Assembly (NCBI RefSeq): GCF_009914755.1
Contig: NC_060926.1
Source: the human T2T-CHM13v2.0 reference genome, Homo sapiens
Reading direction: 5' to 3' (one strand)
DNA: 64,000 bases
Shown here: positions 12,492 to 25,980 of the stretch, piece after piece
Layout of the letters: each line of letters opens with the position of its first letter
Position numbering within the stretch: position 1 is the first letter of the stretch
Made by a program: the position numbers and the translations under genes
The notes under the pieces: model-generated
What the model was told of the DNA's origin: nothing
Databases searched by the model: none
The model's input: the letters and a program-made list of their open reading frames with translations, nothing else

Positions 12492-12602
12492 TTTTTGTTT
12501 TGTTTTGTTTTGTTTTTGAGATGGAGTCTCACCCTGTCTGCCAGGCTGGAGTGCAGTGGTATGATCTTGGCTCACTGCAACCTCCACCTCCCGGGTCAAG
12601 CA
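12492..12602 (-). mobile_element. Severely 5'-truncated Alu with a (TTTTG)n tail inside the L1PB
   Basis: gagatggagtctcaccctgtctgccaggctggagtgcagtgg...cccgggtcaagc, flanked by the TSD tcttc(c/t)tgcagtttt. Confidence 0.92.
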
Positions 12603-15600
12603 TCTTCTTGCAGTTTTGTTTGAGATTCTGGCTTTTAGTCCTTTATCAAAGTTATAAAGTTTGCAAATATTTTCTCCCATTGTATAGGTTGTCTATTTAT
12701 TCTGTGGATTATTTCTTTTGCTGTGCAGAAAATTTCCAGTTTAATTAGGTAGGTCTGATTTATTTTGTTAAGGTGGGTTGATTTATTTTGTTTTCATTGC
12801 ATTTGCTTTTGGGGTCTTTGTCATAAATTCTTTACCTAGGCCAAAGTCCTGAAGAGTTTTTCCTAGGTTTTCTTGTAGAATTTTTACGGTTTCAGATCTT
12901 AAATTTAAGACTTAATCCAGCTTGAGTTAATTTTTATATACAGTAAAAGATAGGAATCCAATTTCATTCTTCTGCATGTGGCTATCCAATTTTCTCAGCA
13001 TCATTTATTGAATAGGATGTCCTTTACCCAGTGTATGCTTTTACTTTTTTGTCAAAAATCAGTTTGTTGTAAGTAGTTGGCTTTATTTCTGCACTCTGTG
13101 TTCTGTTCCATTGGTCTGTGTTTATTTTTATATCAGTATCATACTGTTTTGGTTACTATAGCCTTGTAGTATAATTTCAAGTCAGGTAAATGTGATGCCT
13201 CCAGATTTGTTCTTTTCACTTAGGATTTCTTTGGCTAATCAGGCTCTTTTTGGGTTCCATATGAATTTCAGGATTGGTTTTTCAAATTCTGTGAAAAATG
13301 ACCACGGTATTTTAGTAAGAATTTTACTGAATATGTAGATTGCTTTGGGTCTATGGTCATTTTCACAATATTGATTCTTCCAATACATGAGCATGGGATG
13401 TTTTTCATTTTGTTTGTGTCATCTATGATTTCTTTCATCAGTGTTTTGTAGTCCTCCTTGTAGAAATAGTTCACCTCCTTGGTTAAGTATATCCCTAGGA
13501 ATTTTATATCTTTTGTAGCTATTGTAAATGGGATTGAGTTTCTAATTTGATTCTCAGCTTGGTCATTGTTGGTGTAAAGCAGTGCTACTGATTTGTTTAC
13601 AATAATTTTGTAACTTGAGATTTACTGAATTCATTTATCAAATCTAGGAGTCTTTTGGGGAAGTCTTTAGGGTTTTCTAGATATAATAACATATCAGAAG
13701 CCGAAATAATGTGACTTCCTGTTTTCCAATTTGGATGCCCTTTATTTCTTCCTTTTGCCTGATTAGAAATGGTAAAAGTGGGCATCTTTGTCTTCTTCCA
13801 GTACTCAGGGGGAATGCTTTAAACTTTGCCCCAATCATTATGATGTTGGCTATGGATTTGTCATATATGGCTTTTATTATTTTGAGGCATGCTGCTTCTG
13901 TGCCTGGCTTGTTGAGGGTTTTTATCATAAAGGGATACTAAATTTTATCAGTGCTTTCTTTGTATATGTTGAGATGATATAGTTTTTGTTTTTGATTCTG
14001 TTTATGTGATGTATCACATTTATTGACTTGAGTATGTTGAACCATCCCTGTATCCCTGCAATAAAACCCGCTTGATCGTGGTGAATTATCTTTTTAATGT
14101 GCTGTAGGATTTGTTTTGGTAGCATTTTGTAGAGAATTTTTATATCTATGTTCAGCAGGGATATTGGCCTGCAGTTTTCTTGTTTTGTTATATTCTTTCC
14201 TGGCTTTGGTGTCAGGGGGATACTGGCTTTGTAGAATGAGTTAGGGAGGATTCCTTCCTTCTCAGTCTTTTGGAATAGCTCAATCATTTGGAATAGCTTC
14301 AATCTTTTGGAATAGCTTTTTTTGTTGTTTGTATGTTCTGGATTTCTGTTTCTTCCTGATTCAAGCTTGTAGGGTTGTTATGTTTCCAGGATTTACCCAT
14401 TTTCTCTACATTTCCTAGTTCGTGTGCATAGAGGTGTTCATAGTACTTTTGAATGATCCCTTGTATTTTTGTGGTATTAGTTGTAATGCCTTTATTTTCA
14501 TTTCTGATTGAGCTTATTAGAATCTTCTTCTTTTGGGTTAATCTAGCTAGTGGTCTATCAATTTTGTCTTCTCAAAGAACTAAATTTTTGTTTCATTGAT
14601 CCTTTGTATTTTCTTGGCTTCAAATTTATTTAATTCTGCTCTATTTTTTGTTATTTCTATTCTTCTGGTAGCTTTGGATTTGATTTTTTTTCTTGTTTCC
14701 ATAGTTCCTTGGGGTATCACATTAGGTTGTCAGTTTGTAACCTTTCTGTGTTTTTGATATAGGCATTTAGCTCTATAAACTTTCCTCTTAGCACTGCTTT
14801 TGATGTGTTCCAGAGGTATAGATAACTTGTGTCACTGTTATCATTCATTAAAACAATTTTTTAAATTTTTATTTCTTATTTTATTGTTGACCCAAAGATC
14901 ATTCAGAGCAGATTTTTTTTTTATGTATTTATGTAATTTTGAATGTTCCTTTTGGAATTGATTTATAGTTTTATTCTGCCGTGGTCTGAGAAAAAATACT
15001 TGTCAAGATTTTGATTTTTAAAAATTTATTGAGACTCGTTTTGTGGCGACTATATGATCTATCTTGGAAAATGTTCCATGTGCTGATGAGAAGAATGTAT
15101 ATTCTGTAGTTTTGAGGTAGAATGTTCTGTAAATGTCCATTTGTTCTAGAGTCCAATTTAAGTCCTGTGTTTCCTTGTTAACTTTTTGTCTCAATGATCT
15201 GTCTAGTGCTGTTAATGGAGTGTTGCAGTCCCCCACTATTATTGTGTTGCTGTCTGTCTCTTTTCTTAGGTCTAATAGTAATTTTTAAATAAAGCTGATA
15301 TCTCCAGATATTAGGTACATATATATTTAGGATGATTATGTCTTCTTGTTTAATTGAGCCCCATATCATTATGTAATGACCTTCTTTGTCTTTTCTTACT
15401 CTTGTTGCTTTAAAGTCTTTTATTGGATATGAAATTAGTTATTGCTGCTTACTTTTAGTTTTCATTTGCATGGAATATTTTTTTCCATCCCTTTACCTTG
15501 ATTTTATAAGAATCTTTACATTTCAGATATGCCCCTTGCAGATAGCAGGTATTTGTTCTGTGTTTCTTCAATCCTTTCTGCCAATCTACATCTTTTAAGT

Positions 15601-16429
15601 GGGGCATTTAGATGATTTACAGTCAATGTTAATATTGACATGTGAGGTGCTGTTTTAGTCATCATATTGATTTTTTATGTAATTACTTTGTTTTCTCCAT
15701 TGTGTTACTATTTTATGAACCTTGTGTGTTTTATGCTTTCAAGTGGTTTTATACTGGTCCGTATCAACCTTTCCTTTCAAGATTTAGAATTCCTTTTAAC
15801 ATTTCTTGCAGGGATCTAGTGATGACAAATTCCCTCAGCATTTGCTTGTCTGGGAAAGACTTCATTTCTTCTTCATTTATGAAACTTAGTTTTTCTGGAT
15901 ACAAAATTCTTGCATGACAGTTTAAGGAGACGAAACATGGGACCTCAATCCCTTCTGGCTTGTAAGGTTTTTGCTAAGAAGTCTGCTATTAGTCTGATAG
16001 GTTTTCCTTTATATGTTTTCTGAATCTTTGGTCTCACTTCTCTTATAATTCTTTCCTTCACTTTGAGTTTAGATAGCCTGATGATTATACATCTTGGTGA
16101 TGTCCTTTTTGCAATGGATCTCCCAGGAATTTTTTAGCTTCTTTTATTCAGATGTCTAAATATCTAACACGACAAAGGAACCTTTCCTCAATTATTTTCT
16201 CAAATAGGTTTTTCAAACTTTTTGCTTTTTCTTTTTCCTCAGGAACATCTATGATTCTTAGGTTTAGCTGTTTAACATAATCCCATATTTCTTGAAGACT
16301 TTATTCATTTCTTTTAATTATTTTCTCTTTATCTTTGTCTAATTGGGTTAATTCAAAAGCCTTGCCTTAAAGCCCTGAAATTCCTTTTTCTACCTGGTCT
16401 AGTCTTTTGCTAAAATTTCACACCACATT

Positions 16430-16739
<310 letters not shown>

Positions 16740-17342
16740 TCACACTGCATTTTAAAATTTCCTAAGTGTGTCTTTCATTTCCAGAAGTTCAGATCGGTTT
16801 TTCTTTAAAATATCTCTCCTTTTTAGAAAATTTAATTTATATCCTGAATTGTTTCTTAATCTCTTTATGTTGATTTTCAACTTTCTCTTGGATCTCATTG
16901 AGCAACTTTATAATCAACTATTAAAATTATTTATCTGGTATTTCAAATATTTCATTTTGGTTTGGATTCACTACTGGAGAGGTAGTGTGATCTTTTGGGG
17001 GTGTTGTGAAACTGTTTTTTTATTTGACCAGAATTACTTTTCTGCTTTCCTCTCATTTGGGTAGACTATTTTTTCATATTATTATTAAATTTATTTTTTA
17101 TTTTACTGGGTTTTAAAAGAATGTTTTTCCTCTCAAACATGTGACTTTAATGTGTTTAGTTTATGGTCACCTACCTTAGGCTCTGAGTGTTTTCAGTGGC
17201 AAAGTCTCTGTATGAATTCCTTGGTTATATAAAATCTTTGTGCAATGGCTTTCTGAGGTGCTGGTTGTAGTAATAATGTGTTGGGTGTGTGGGTAGGTTC
17301 ACTCTCTCCTGTGGGGCCAGAATGGCAGAGGTGTCATTAATC

Positions 17343-17742
17343 TGTATTAGGCTGCTCTTGCACTGCTATAAAGAAATACCTGAGGCTGGGTAGTTTATAA
17401 TGCAAAAAGGCTTTATTGGCTTATGGTTCTGCAGGCTGTACCAGAGGCATGGCAGTGGGATCTGCTTGGCTTCTGGGGAGGCCTCAGAGAGCTTTTCCTC
17501 ATGGTGGAAGGCAAAGCAGGAGCAGGCACTTCACATCATGAAAGTAGGAGTGAGAGTTGGGGAGGGAATGCCATACATATGAAAATGACCAGATCTCACG
17601 GGAGCCCAGAGCAAGGGCTCACTTATCACCAAGAGGATGGCCCAAACCATTCATGCAAACACCTCCCACCAGGCTCCACCTCCAACATTGGGAGTTACAT
17701 GTCAACAAGAGATTTGAGCAGGACAAACATCCAAATTATATC
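17343..17742 (-). mobile_element. MST (MaLR, MSTA/MSTB-like) solo LTR inserted in the L1PB 5' region
   Basis: tgtattagg...gctataaagaaatacctgaggctgggtagtttat...ggttctgcaggctgtac...ggcttctggggaggcctcag...acaaacatccaaattatatc. Confidence 0.93.
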
Positions 17743-19158
17743 TCCTACAGTGGTGTGCACTTTTTAACTTTTTCCACGGTATTCTTTTTTCACTAAGTTG
17801 AACAGTTCAGCCTTCAGGACAGTAGGAGGTACCCATGGGTAAAAACCAGTTGCAGCAGAAGCAGGTAGGTATATGCAATGCCCCAATGGTGGGCAGAGGT
17901 CTCAACCTTGACAGATGGCTAGTTGATCCGTTTGAAGAGATGGTTATCCATTTGATGAAAATTGACATCTTTACAAAGCTGAGTTTTCCAATTCATCTAC
18001 TTTATATATTCTACCACTTACTTTTTAAATTAGATTTTTAATTTTCTCAATAATTTATAGCTGTCCAAATAATTTACATCATTTTTAGATTTATTGAGTA
18101 TTCAATGTTTCTTTGATGCTACTATACATTGTATCATTTGTTAAAATTCATTTTCTGTTTTGTTACTAAGATATATTAGTACAAATGATAATTATAGTGA
18201 AATGCACTGTGATCTTCTCAGGGGGAAGGGAGGGAGCCAGCTCAGCTCCCTTTCTAGGCCAGTAGAAAAGCAATTCACCTCCTTGTCATGCTCCTGTCCT
18301 GCTATTTAGATCAGTTAGGCATCTCTTTACCTCTGCAGGAGTGCTGACATTCAATGTAGAGAGGCACTGGGACTCATATAAGCCTGAGCCTGGAGGGCAC
18401 TCTGCCTGTGGGGATCCAGTTACCCTGGAGGTTTCCAGAAAAGTAATCTACAGGTGCACCTGCATCAAGCTCCTGTGGGAGAAGCCCCAGCTGTGTCTGC
18501 AGTGGTGGGCAAGGAGGAGAAGGAGTCCCCTTTTCAAAGTCCCTTCATGTGCACTGGGGCTGCCTAACTGCTGGGGTAGAAGCTCAGTCTTTTCTCACTG
18601 AGCCAGCACTGCACCTGTGCCTCTGCTGAAAGAAACTTTCAACAAACGAAAAATTTAGACTCAAGATCTGCACTCTGGTTTATTTTGTCCCATGAGGTGT
18701 TCCCCTGATGTGGTGCACTTCCCCTTCCCCTAGGAGTGATGGTCCTTGAGGGCCAGACTGCTGTGAATCTTGCTGCTCCTCTGGGTCCAGCTGCCCTGTA
18801 GGGCAGCCACAATCCAGGCTGGTGCTGGGGAATATCTGCAAGGGATCTAGTGATGTGAAGATACAAGGATTGAAGGACACTGAACTGAACAAAGTCCCAC
18901 AATGGGTGAGCACCCAGTATGGCACTCACTACTACAGCTCATGTCCAGGGGAAAATGGAGATCCTTGTGCAAGCAAGGTAATGCCTTCAAGAAGTCTCCA
19001 AATTGCAGCCCCCTCTAGTATCTGTGCTTGTGAGGGCAGATAAATTCTCCTTGAGCTCAGATACCAGAAGTTTGCTGTAAGGGTGAGGGAGGCCAAGAGC
19101 ACTTTCACCTATCCTTCCCATTGATTACTAAGTCTCTGAGTGTGATCTCTCCCTGCTT

Positions 19159-19181
19159 GTGTGTGTGTGTGTGTGTGTGTG
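19159..19181. repeat. (GT)n microsatellite
   Basis: About 11-12 perfect GT units. Confidence 0.95.
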
Positions 19182-19799
19182 TTAGATTCTTCCAGCGAAC
19201 TCTCATATATGCTGTACTACTCTCTCCTTAACACTCCATTTTGGCTATGATTATTCACATGTAATTTTGGTTCTTCCTTCTGAGGAAGATTTGTCACTAA
19301 TATCTCTTGTCAGCCAACTGGAGAAGCTCTCTGATGCCTCAGGCTGTAGACAGTTCTGCAGGACGTGTAATGACTTGGGCTCTGCTCTTAACTCCAGAGT
19401 GGGGCACTGTTGGCTGGGGCTGGACTGAACTGATGCGTCCTCTCATCTCCCATCAGCTAATGCAAGCATCTGCTCAAATCAACTCAAGCACGGGGCAGGG
19501 TTAAGATGCTGTTCTGTGGTCTGGATTGCCCAGCTCCCCAGTGGGAGTGTGTATCACCAAGACAGTCTCTCCCACTTTCACACTCTAGAGACTCACATAT
19601 TTCCACTTGGCTCATGTATGCTGCTGCCTGTTGCTTCTTGAAAAGTGTCTGTAGTTTCTTTCAGCTTTTCTGCCGAGGTCCTGTGTTGCTTCTTGGATAA
19701 AAGTTCACAGCATGTGTCTCTGCACACTATTTTGCTCTTTCCAAGTCAGTTAGACATATTAGCAAAGCCTCCTATCTGCCATCTTGGAGAAAAAAAAAG

Positions 19800-21300
19800 T
19801 CCTTAAACATTGTAACATTCTTTATAAGAGCCTTTTTCTGTTGCAGGTATTCGAATATTTTCTCCCACCCAGTGTCTTATTTCTACATTTTTCTACATTT
19901 ATCATTTTTTGTGATATCAATTAATCATTTTTTTATGTTTAGGGTTTGTGTGTATATGTGTCCTGTTTAAGATAACTTTGGATATTTGCCAGTTACTAAA
20001 ATATTCTCTTGTGTTACCTTCAAAAAACATTATTGCAAACTGTTAAGTTTTGATAAAATGATCCGTCAGGGATTGATTTTTTATACTATGAAATATAAAC
20101 AACGTTAATTTTTCCATCTGTATATTCAATTGACCCAGCACTATTTGTGAAAAGCGTATACTATTCACATTGCACTGAACGATGACTTTTGAAATATATC
20201 AACTATCTAAATAGATATGGGTTTGCTTCTGGATTTTCTATTCTATTCCATTGACTATAGTTGTGTCATTATTACTTTGTCTGAATAAATATACCTATGT
20301 GATAAATATTGGTAGCTGGTTATATAAGTCATCTGATGTTGATCATCAAGATTAGATTGGTTATTTGGCATATTCAGTGTGTCAGTTTTCACCCCAAAAT
20401 ATATCTTGTTTGAAAAGTATGTGTATACTTAGTTGTTACAGTGATCATTTCTGCTGTGTTAGATTCAACTACTGAATTTTTAACTTTTGTTATATATATT
20501 TTTTCAGTTTTCAAATTTCTATTTGATACCTTTCATAGACTCCCATTATCTGGTGAAATTCTCCTTCTTATCTATCTTATTTTAACCATTAACCAGAGTA
20601 ATTTTAATGTCTAAGTCTTGTAATTCTAATATCTGAATCACCAGTTCTATTGTCTGATTTTCTTGAGGTCTTGACCTTCAATTCCCATCCTCTGGCATGT
20701 CTGGTAATTTTGCTGAGGGCCAGGAGCTGTGTATTAAAATTATACAAATAATGTGAGGTTCTGATTGATGCTGCCTTCCTCTCAGGAGTCTAACTCAAAC
20801 TCTAAAGTATATTTCAGGGAAGTGCTTACTTGGTTGGCCCTGGACTTCAATTTTTGTGTCCCACGCTCTGTCAGTTTGTGGAAAGCTCTTCTCATCTTAA
20901 TAGAAACATAAATTTGGATTTACCTCATTGTACTTCCTTTCTGTCTAGTGTCTTGGCCTCTAATCTTGGCTGTTTCGGAAGCTCCATGCTTGGCAATTTT
21001 TACCCCTACATCCCTCTAAGACTTAAAAATTTGGCTCAGATTTCCAGGCTTTCAGCCACAAAACTCTACTCAACCTTTTAGCCTCTTGGTCTTATGCCAA
21101 TCACCAATCAGCAAATGCCATGAGGTAAAAGCAGCAACACCAAATGTTAGATTAATCTCAATCTGATTTTCCTTTTCTCAATGAGCCTGGACCCTCAAGT
21201 ACTGGCTTCTTTGGCAGCTTTTTGATCAAAAATTGTTTTAACTTAATTTCTACAGCTCCTCAACTTTTTCTTGTAGGAATATTACCAGAAATAGAAAGCA
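19800..21300 (-). mobile_element. Continuation of the ancient L1M: ORF2 part, then a jump to the ORF1/5' region
   Basis: tattcaattgacccagcactatttgtgaaaag...ttctggattttctattctattccattg (ORF2 antisense). After ~20430, actgaatttttaacttttgttat..ttttcagttttcaaatttctattt resembles the L1M ORF1/5' region. Confidence 0.75.
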
Positions 21301-22339
21301 TTCCATACATTTAAATTTCTTCCTCTCATTTCTGTTTTGTAAAATTAGATAATAATACCTATTCACCCTACCTCAAATACTGTGATATATTTTGAATACT
21401 ATAAAACATCATGAAAATGAAAAGTCACTATCTCCTTGAATTAACATTCTCTTTTATTTTAAAACTCTTTTTTCTTATTTTTGATATCTTATTAGAGCCA
21501 TTTTTTCCCCTGAATTTAGCACATGATTTTAAAATAACATTTCCTACATTGACTTCTTAAATGATATAATTTTTATCCTGAAGAGGAAAATATAGGAAAT
21601 TTACAGTATTTCTCATGTCTGCATTATATTTTATTGAGTAAATACAGTTATATCATGGGTAATGAGAATTTCTCCCTTTATTTCTTTTCTATTTCTTTTT
21701 TTTTTAATGAAAGGATTTTTCTCTTACTCTTCTTGTCATTTACCTTCTGTGTAAAGTAATAAATTTTTCCACTGAAGCCCACTGTATTCACACCATTTCA
21801 TAGGACTTGGGAATATGTTCTCTGCACCCTAAAAATAACAATTTACTCACTATTTTCCAGACCTGGCACGTTTTAATGAAACTGCTTGCACAGAAGCTAG
21901 CACGTTACCTTGCTTCATGCCTTTCATGACATTGATGCTTTTCTGCTCTATTTCCTAGGTCATCCGTATGATTAACAGATTTCTCTTCTCTTTCTTATCT
22001 ATGTGCTACCTCTTCTGTAAATGACTGTAAACTTTCACCTAATCATCTTTTGATAATCAATGGGCTGTGATTATATACCCTGAGAGTGCAAATTACTTAT
22101 AGTTACGTTGTTATCAACAAGAGCCATTTATTGAATACTGTCTGCCTATGTGACACACTATTCATTAGATGCACCAGGAAACACTCCAACCCCCACCCAG
22201 ATTTAGGCCATATCACTGAATTCTGTGATTTGAGCTTTGAGAAAGAGACTGTGTGATTCAATGGATAAACCAGAAAAAGAAAGTTGAGCATTTGAGAACG
22301 GTGTTTTCCTAATTGTGTAGATCTTATTTGATCTCTCTG

Positions 22340-22555
22340 ACTTTCTTTCCATGATATACCCTCTTCTCCAGACCTCCTTCTAGTTGATTCCATTATATTT
22401 TCTATGTACCTCTATTATGCAATTATTATTTAGATTTTAGATAATTGCTACGGACTTCAACTCTAATAAATGTGGATGCCCTCGAGGCTCAACATAGTAC
22501 TGTGCTCATCTTTGTTTATTCTGTAAATACTTAACATACATTTATTAAATTGATT
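22340..22555 (+). mobile_element. L2 3' end relic
   Basis: tgtgctcatctttgtttattc...acatttattaaattgatt resembles the L2 tail; degenerate. Confidence 0.45.
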
Positions 22556-23759
22556 AAAATGGGGGGTTAAATTGGAAGTTTATTAATCTAATGATGAAGC
22601 ACTTTTGTAAAGTGTTTTCGAAAATATAATCATAATTATAATTGTATTATATGAGATTAGATTATTTGTCCCCTTCCCCTCTATTCAGTTTCAGGACTCA
22701 CTCAAATAGGGGTATCAAAAATTTAGAAGAGCCTCTAAATCCTGAGTGTTTACTGAAACTGTACTCAATTTGGGAAGATGTGGAAAATCTATATTTTGTG
22801 ATAATATTAGCAGTCATTATACCTTTATCTATAAGCGCTCTCAAAGGAACTTAAAGGTAGTATGTAAACCTAGTATATATATCTAGTATGTTTTGGGTAC
22901 TTCTTATTTGAAATTACTTTTCTCATGAATCTTTTGGTCATTTTCAACATTCCTTTGTCCTTCATTTGTCTGTCAAAACCTTTGTGAAGAAAGATGTTTG
23001 GATTTTTTTTTCCTTGTGTTTATATTTTTTTAATTAACATCACAATTTTTTAAAGTTGGGTAATGACTATGGTATTTCTGATTCAATAGGACATTTCTTA
23101 CCTTAATGTGACTCTGAACCAGTTTGGTCATGGTGGATATTTGGTTGCTTCTCCAGACATTCCTCAGTGCTAATGGCCCAGGGTCATTCCTCCCTTTTTT
23201 TTTTTTTCCTGGAAAGCAGATGGCTCTCATATCAGGAGATATCTTATAAGATATTTAGTTTTCTGGGCCTGAGCCTATGTAATAACAATTACTGTTATTT
23301 TTTCCTTTTGAAATCTTTGACTCAAAGTAAAATCTATAAATGTAAATATAGATAATAATGATAGTAATAGTAAAGTTTAATTGTGAGCAATTTGTAAGGT
23401 AAGATAAATTTTTAAAAATTATATATGTAATAAAGAAAAAATTTACGGTGCCTACAGTTGATATTTGGTTAATTGTGAGACCTCAAAGCATATAACTGAG
23501 ATGTATACATACTTTTTTGTTTTGTGCATTATAATCTAGTTATGTCTTATATTAATTGATATATTGATGTATTGTTTTATATCAATGAGACAGTTGAAAT
23601 AAGAGGCAATTAAGCATAACAAAAATAGCACACATATAAATAAAAAATCAGTTCTTCAAGCCTTAGCCTTGAGACTTGTCAAGTATACTTCCTTGGGCAA
23701 ATCACCTGCCTGTGATTCTACACTCACTCTAAATTGTTAAACAGAGCTAAAGATAATAA

Positions 23760-24920
23760 AGTAGTTCCACCATATTTGCAGTTTTGCCTTCCATGGTTAC
23801 CGTGGGTCAATCACAATCAGACAATATTACATGGAAAATTCCAGATATAAACAATTCATAAATTTTAAGTTGTGTACCATTCTGAGTAGCGTGATGAAAT
23901 TTTGTACCATCCTTTACTTTCCTGGCCAGGACATGACTCATCCTTCATCCAGTGTATCCACGCTGTATATGCTACCCATCAATCACTTAGTGTCAGTCAC
24001 TTAGTAGCCCTCTCAGTTGTCAGATGTATTGTCATGTATCACTGTGCTTGTGTTCAAGTAACCCTTATTTTAGCTAATAATAGCACCAAAACACAAAAGT
24101 GATAGTGCTGGCGATTCAGATATGCCAAGGAGAAGCCATAAAATGCTTCATTTAAGTAATACGATGAAAGTTATTGACTTAAGAAGGAAAAAAAATCATG
24201 CTGAGGTTGCTAGGATCTATGGTAAGAATGAATCTTTTATCTGTAAAATTGTGAAGAGAAAGAAACTTGTGCTAGCTTTGCTGTCATACCTCAAGCTGCA
24301 AAAGTTACAGCCACAATGCATGATAAGTGCTTAGTTAAGATGGAAAAGGCATTAAATTTGTAAGTGTATGACATAAACAGGAAGCGTGCTCCAATTGACA
24401 GCAATATATTGTGCCATAAAACATTGCCCTTATACAAAGACTTCAGCAAAGGATCCCCTGAAACAGTGACACCAAGCCATTTATTGCAAATCAAGGATGA
24501 TTGCAGATATTCAAGAATACAGATGGTCAATAGTAGCCTAATGTTACATTACAATGCCTACTTCATTCATCACACTTCAACTCACTGCATATTGTTCACC
24601 TTATTGTATCATCTCACATCATCACAAGAAGAAGAAAAGTGAGTACAATGCAAATAAGCTAGTTTTGAAAGCAAGAGAGAGGCCAGATTTATGCAACTTG
24701 TATCACAGTACATTGTTATAATTTTTCTATTTTATTAATATTGTTAATCTCTTACTGTTTCTACTTACAAAGGAAACTTTATGTTTATTATTATTACAGA
24801 TGTATAGGAGAAAACATAGCATATATGGGGTCCAGTAGTATATGCTGTTTCAGGTATTCATGGCAGGGGTAAGAGTTGGATCTTGGAAGGTATCCCCCAC
24901 AGATAAGGAGGGACAACCAT
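23760..24920 (+). mobile_element. Tigger7/MER44-family DNA transposon, internally deleted, retaining the transposase N-terminus
   Basis: Left end ..gtagttccaccatatttgc..aatattacatggaaaattccagatataaacaattcata...ttctgagtagcgtgatgaaat; right end tcttggaaggtatcccccacagataaggaggg. ORF 24122-24334 (HAEVARIYGKNESFICKIVK) resembles a CENP-B/psq-type HTH. Confidence 0.9.
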
Positions 24921-25109
24921 ATTCAAGAATGTGATCTGTTAATTTGTTTTGTTAAGCTAAAATTCACAATTGGTACTTACATCTTCATAAATGCTGATGT
25001 ATCTATCATATAGGCTCAGTTTCTTTTATTTTGTCCCTTTTCACTTGTTTATATAACATGTAAATTTATTATTCCCATTCCAATAAGCCAGTTAAGATAC
25101 AATATTAAT

Positions 25110-25360
25110 AATGGTACCTCCACTAATTGGGTGTTACAAACTATGCAACACAATAAATCTTGAGTTCCCCTATGAGCCCTTCAAAGTAGGTGTTGGATTT
25201 TTTCTGAAAAATGATAATTACACTCTACCTACTTTCCAAGCACTAAACCAATTGAGAAGCAGATACAAGTATCTGAGAATGATTAAAATGTTAACTTTTT
25301 AGTTGGAAAGCAGGACTGGATAATGCAACCACAATTAACCTCCTGCTCTAATACTTTTCT
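25110..25360 (-). mobile_element. MIR relic
   Basis: ccctatgagcccttcaaagtaggtgtt...aattgagaagcagatacaagtatctg...ggaaagcaggactgg; weak antisense MIR. Confidence 0.5.
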
Positions 25361-25844
25361 CCTGGATTTAGACCATGATCTCCATCTGCAGGTAGATAAA
25401 GTACTTGGAGAAGACACCTTGTCAACTGCATGAAAGAATCTCAGTCTTTTCTATAACTTTGTGTTCAAAGAACCTCCAGAGTCTAGATTCTGAATCACTT
25501 GACACTATACACCTGCTTTTAGAAGAAAACCCTCATCCTTGAACAGGAGTATTAATGCATGCTGGAGAATGCTTTAGTTTTGCACACAAGATATCATGAA
25601 TACCAGATGGGAACCATCAATTTAATAACTTAACCCTTCTCAATAGAAAGGTGTGACCAGTGATGTCAGACTCTTTCCCATCTCTCCAATTAGATAAGTC
25701 AGTGTCTACTTCTGGCAAGGAAGTATGCTCTAGGAGTATAAAGACAGATAGTCCCAAAGTGTCGCTCTAAAACTATTCCTTCTTAGGTCATGGAGTAGAT
25801 GTCACCTTTTTGGAAACCTAGGGAGAAGAATGCGGCTTCCTTTA

Positions 25845-25980
25845 ATGGAAGTTATTATGTCTTCCAATTTGTAGATAAAATCACTGAGCCTTATTGTGGT
25901 TACTTGAACAAAGTTTTACAGGGATTGAATGATAGAGCAAGAATTCAAATCTAAATTTTCTGATTCCATAGTCTAGATTA
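25845..25980 (-). mobile_element. MIR relic
   Basis: caatttgtagataaaatcactgagcc...gatagagcaagaattcaaatctaaattttctgattcca. Confidence 0.6.

Noticed and set aside
5121-13600. Inverted L1 pair (plus-strand L1PA and minus-strand L1PB) as a dsRNA or inversion signature
   Set aside because: Different subfamilies with independent ends; such pairs are common in L1-rich DNA and there is no evidence of transcription.
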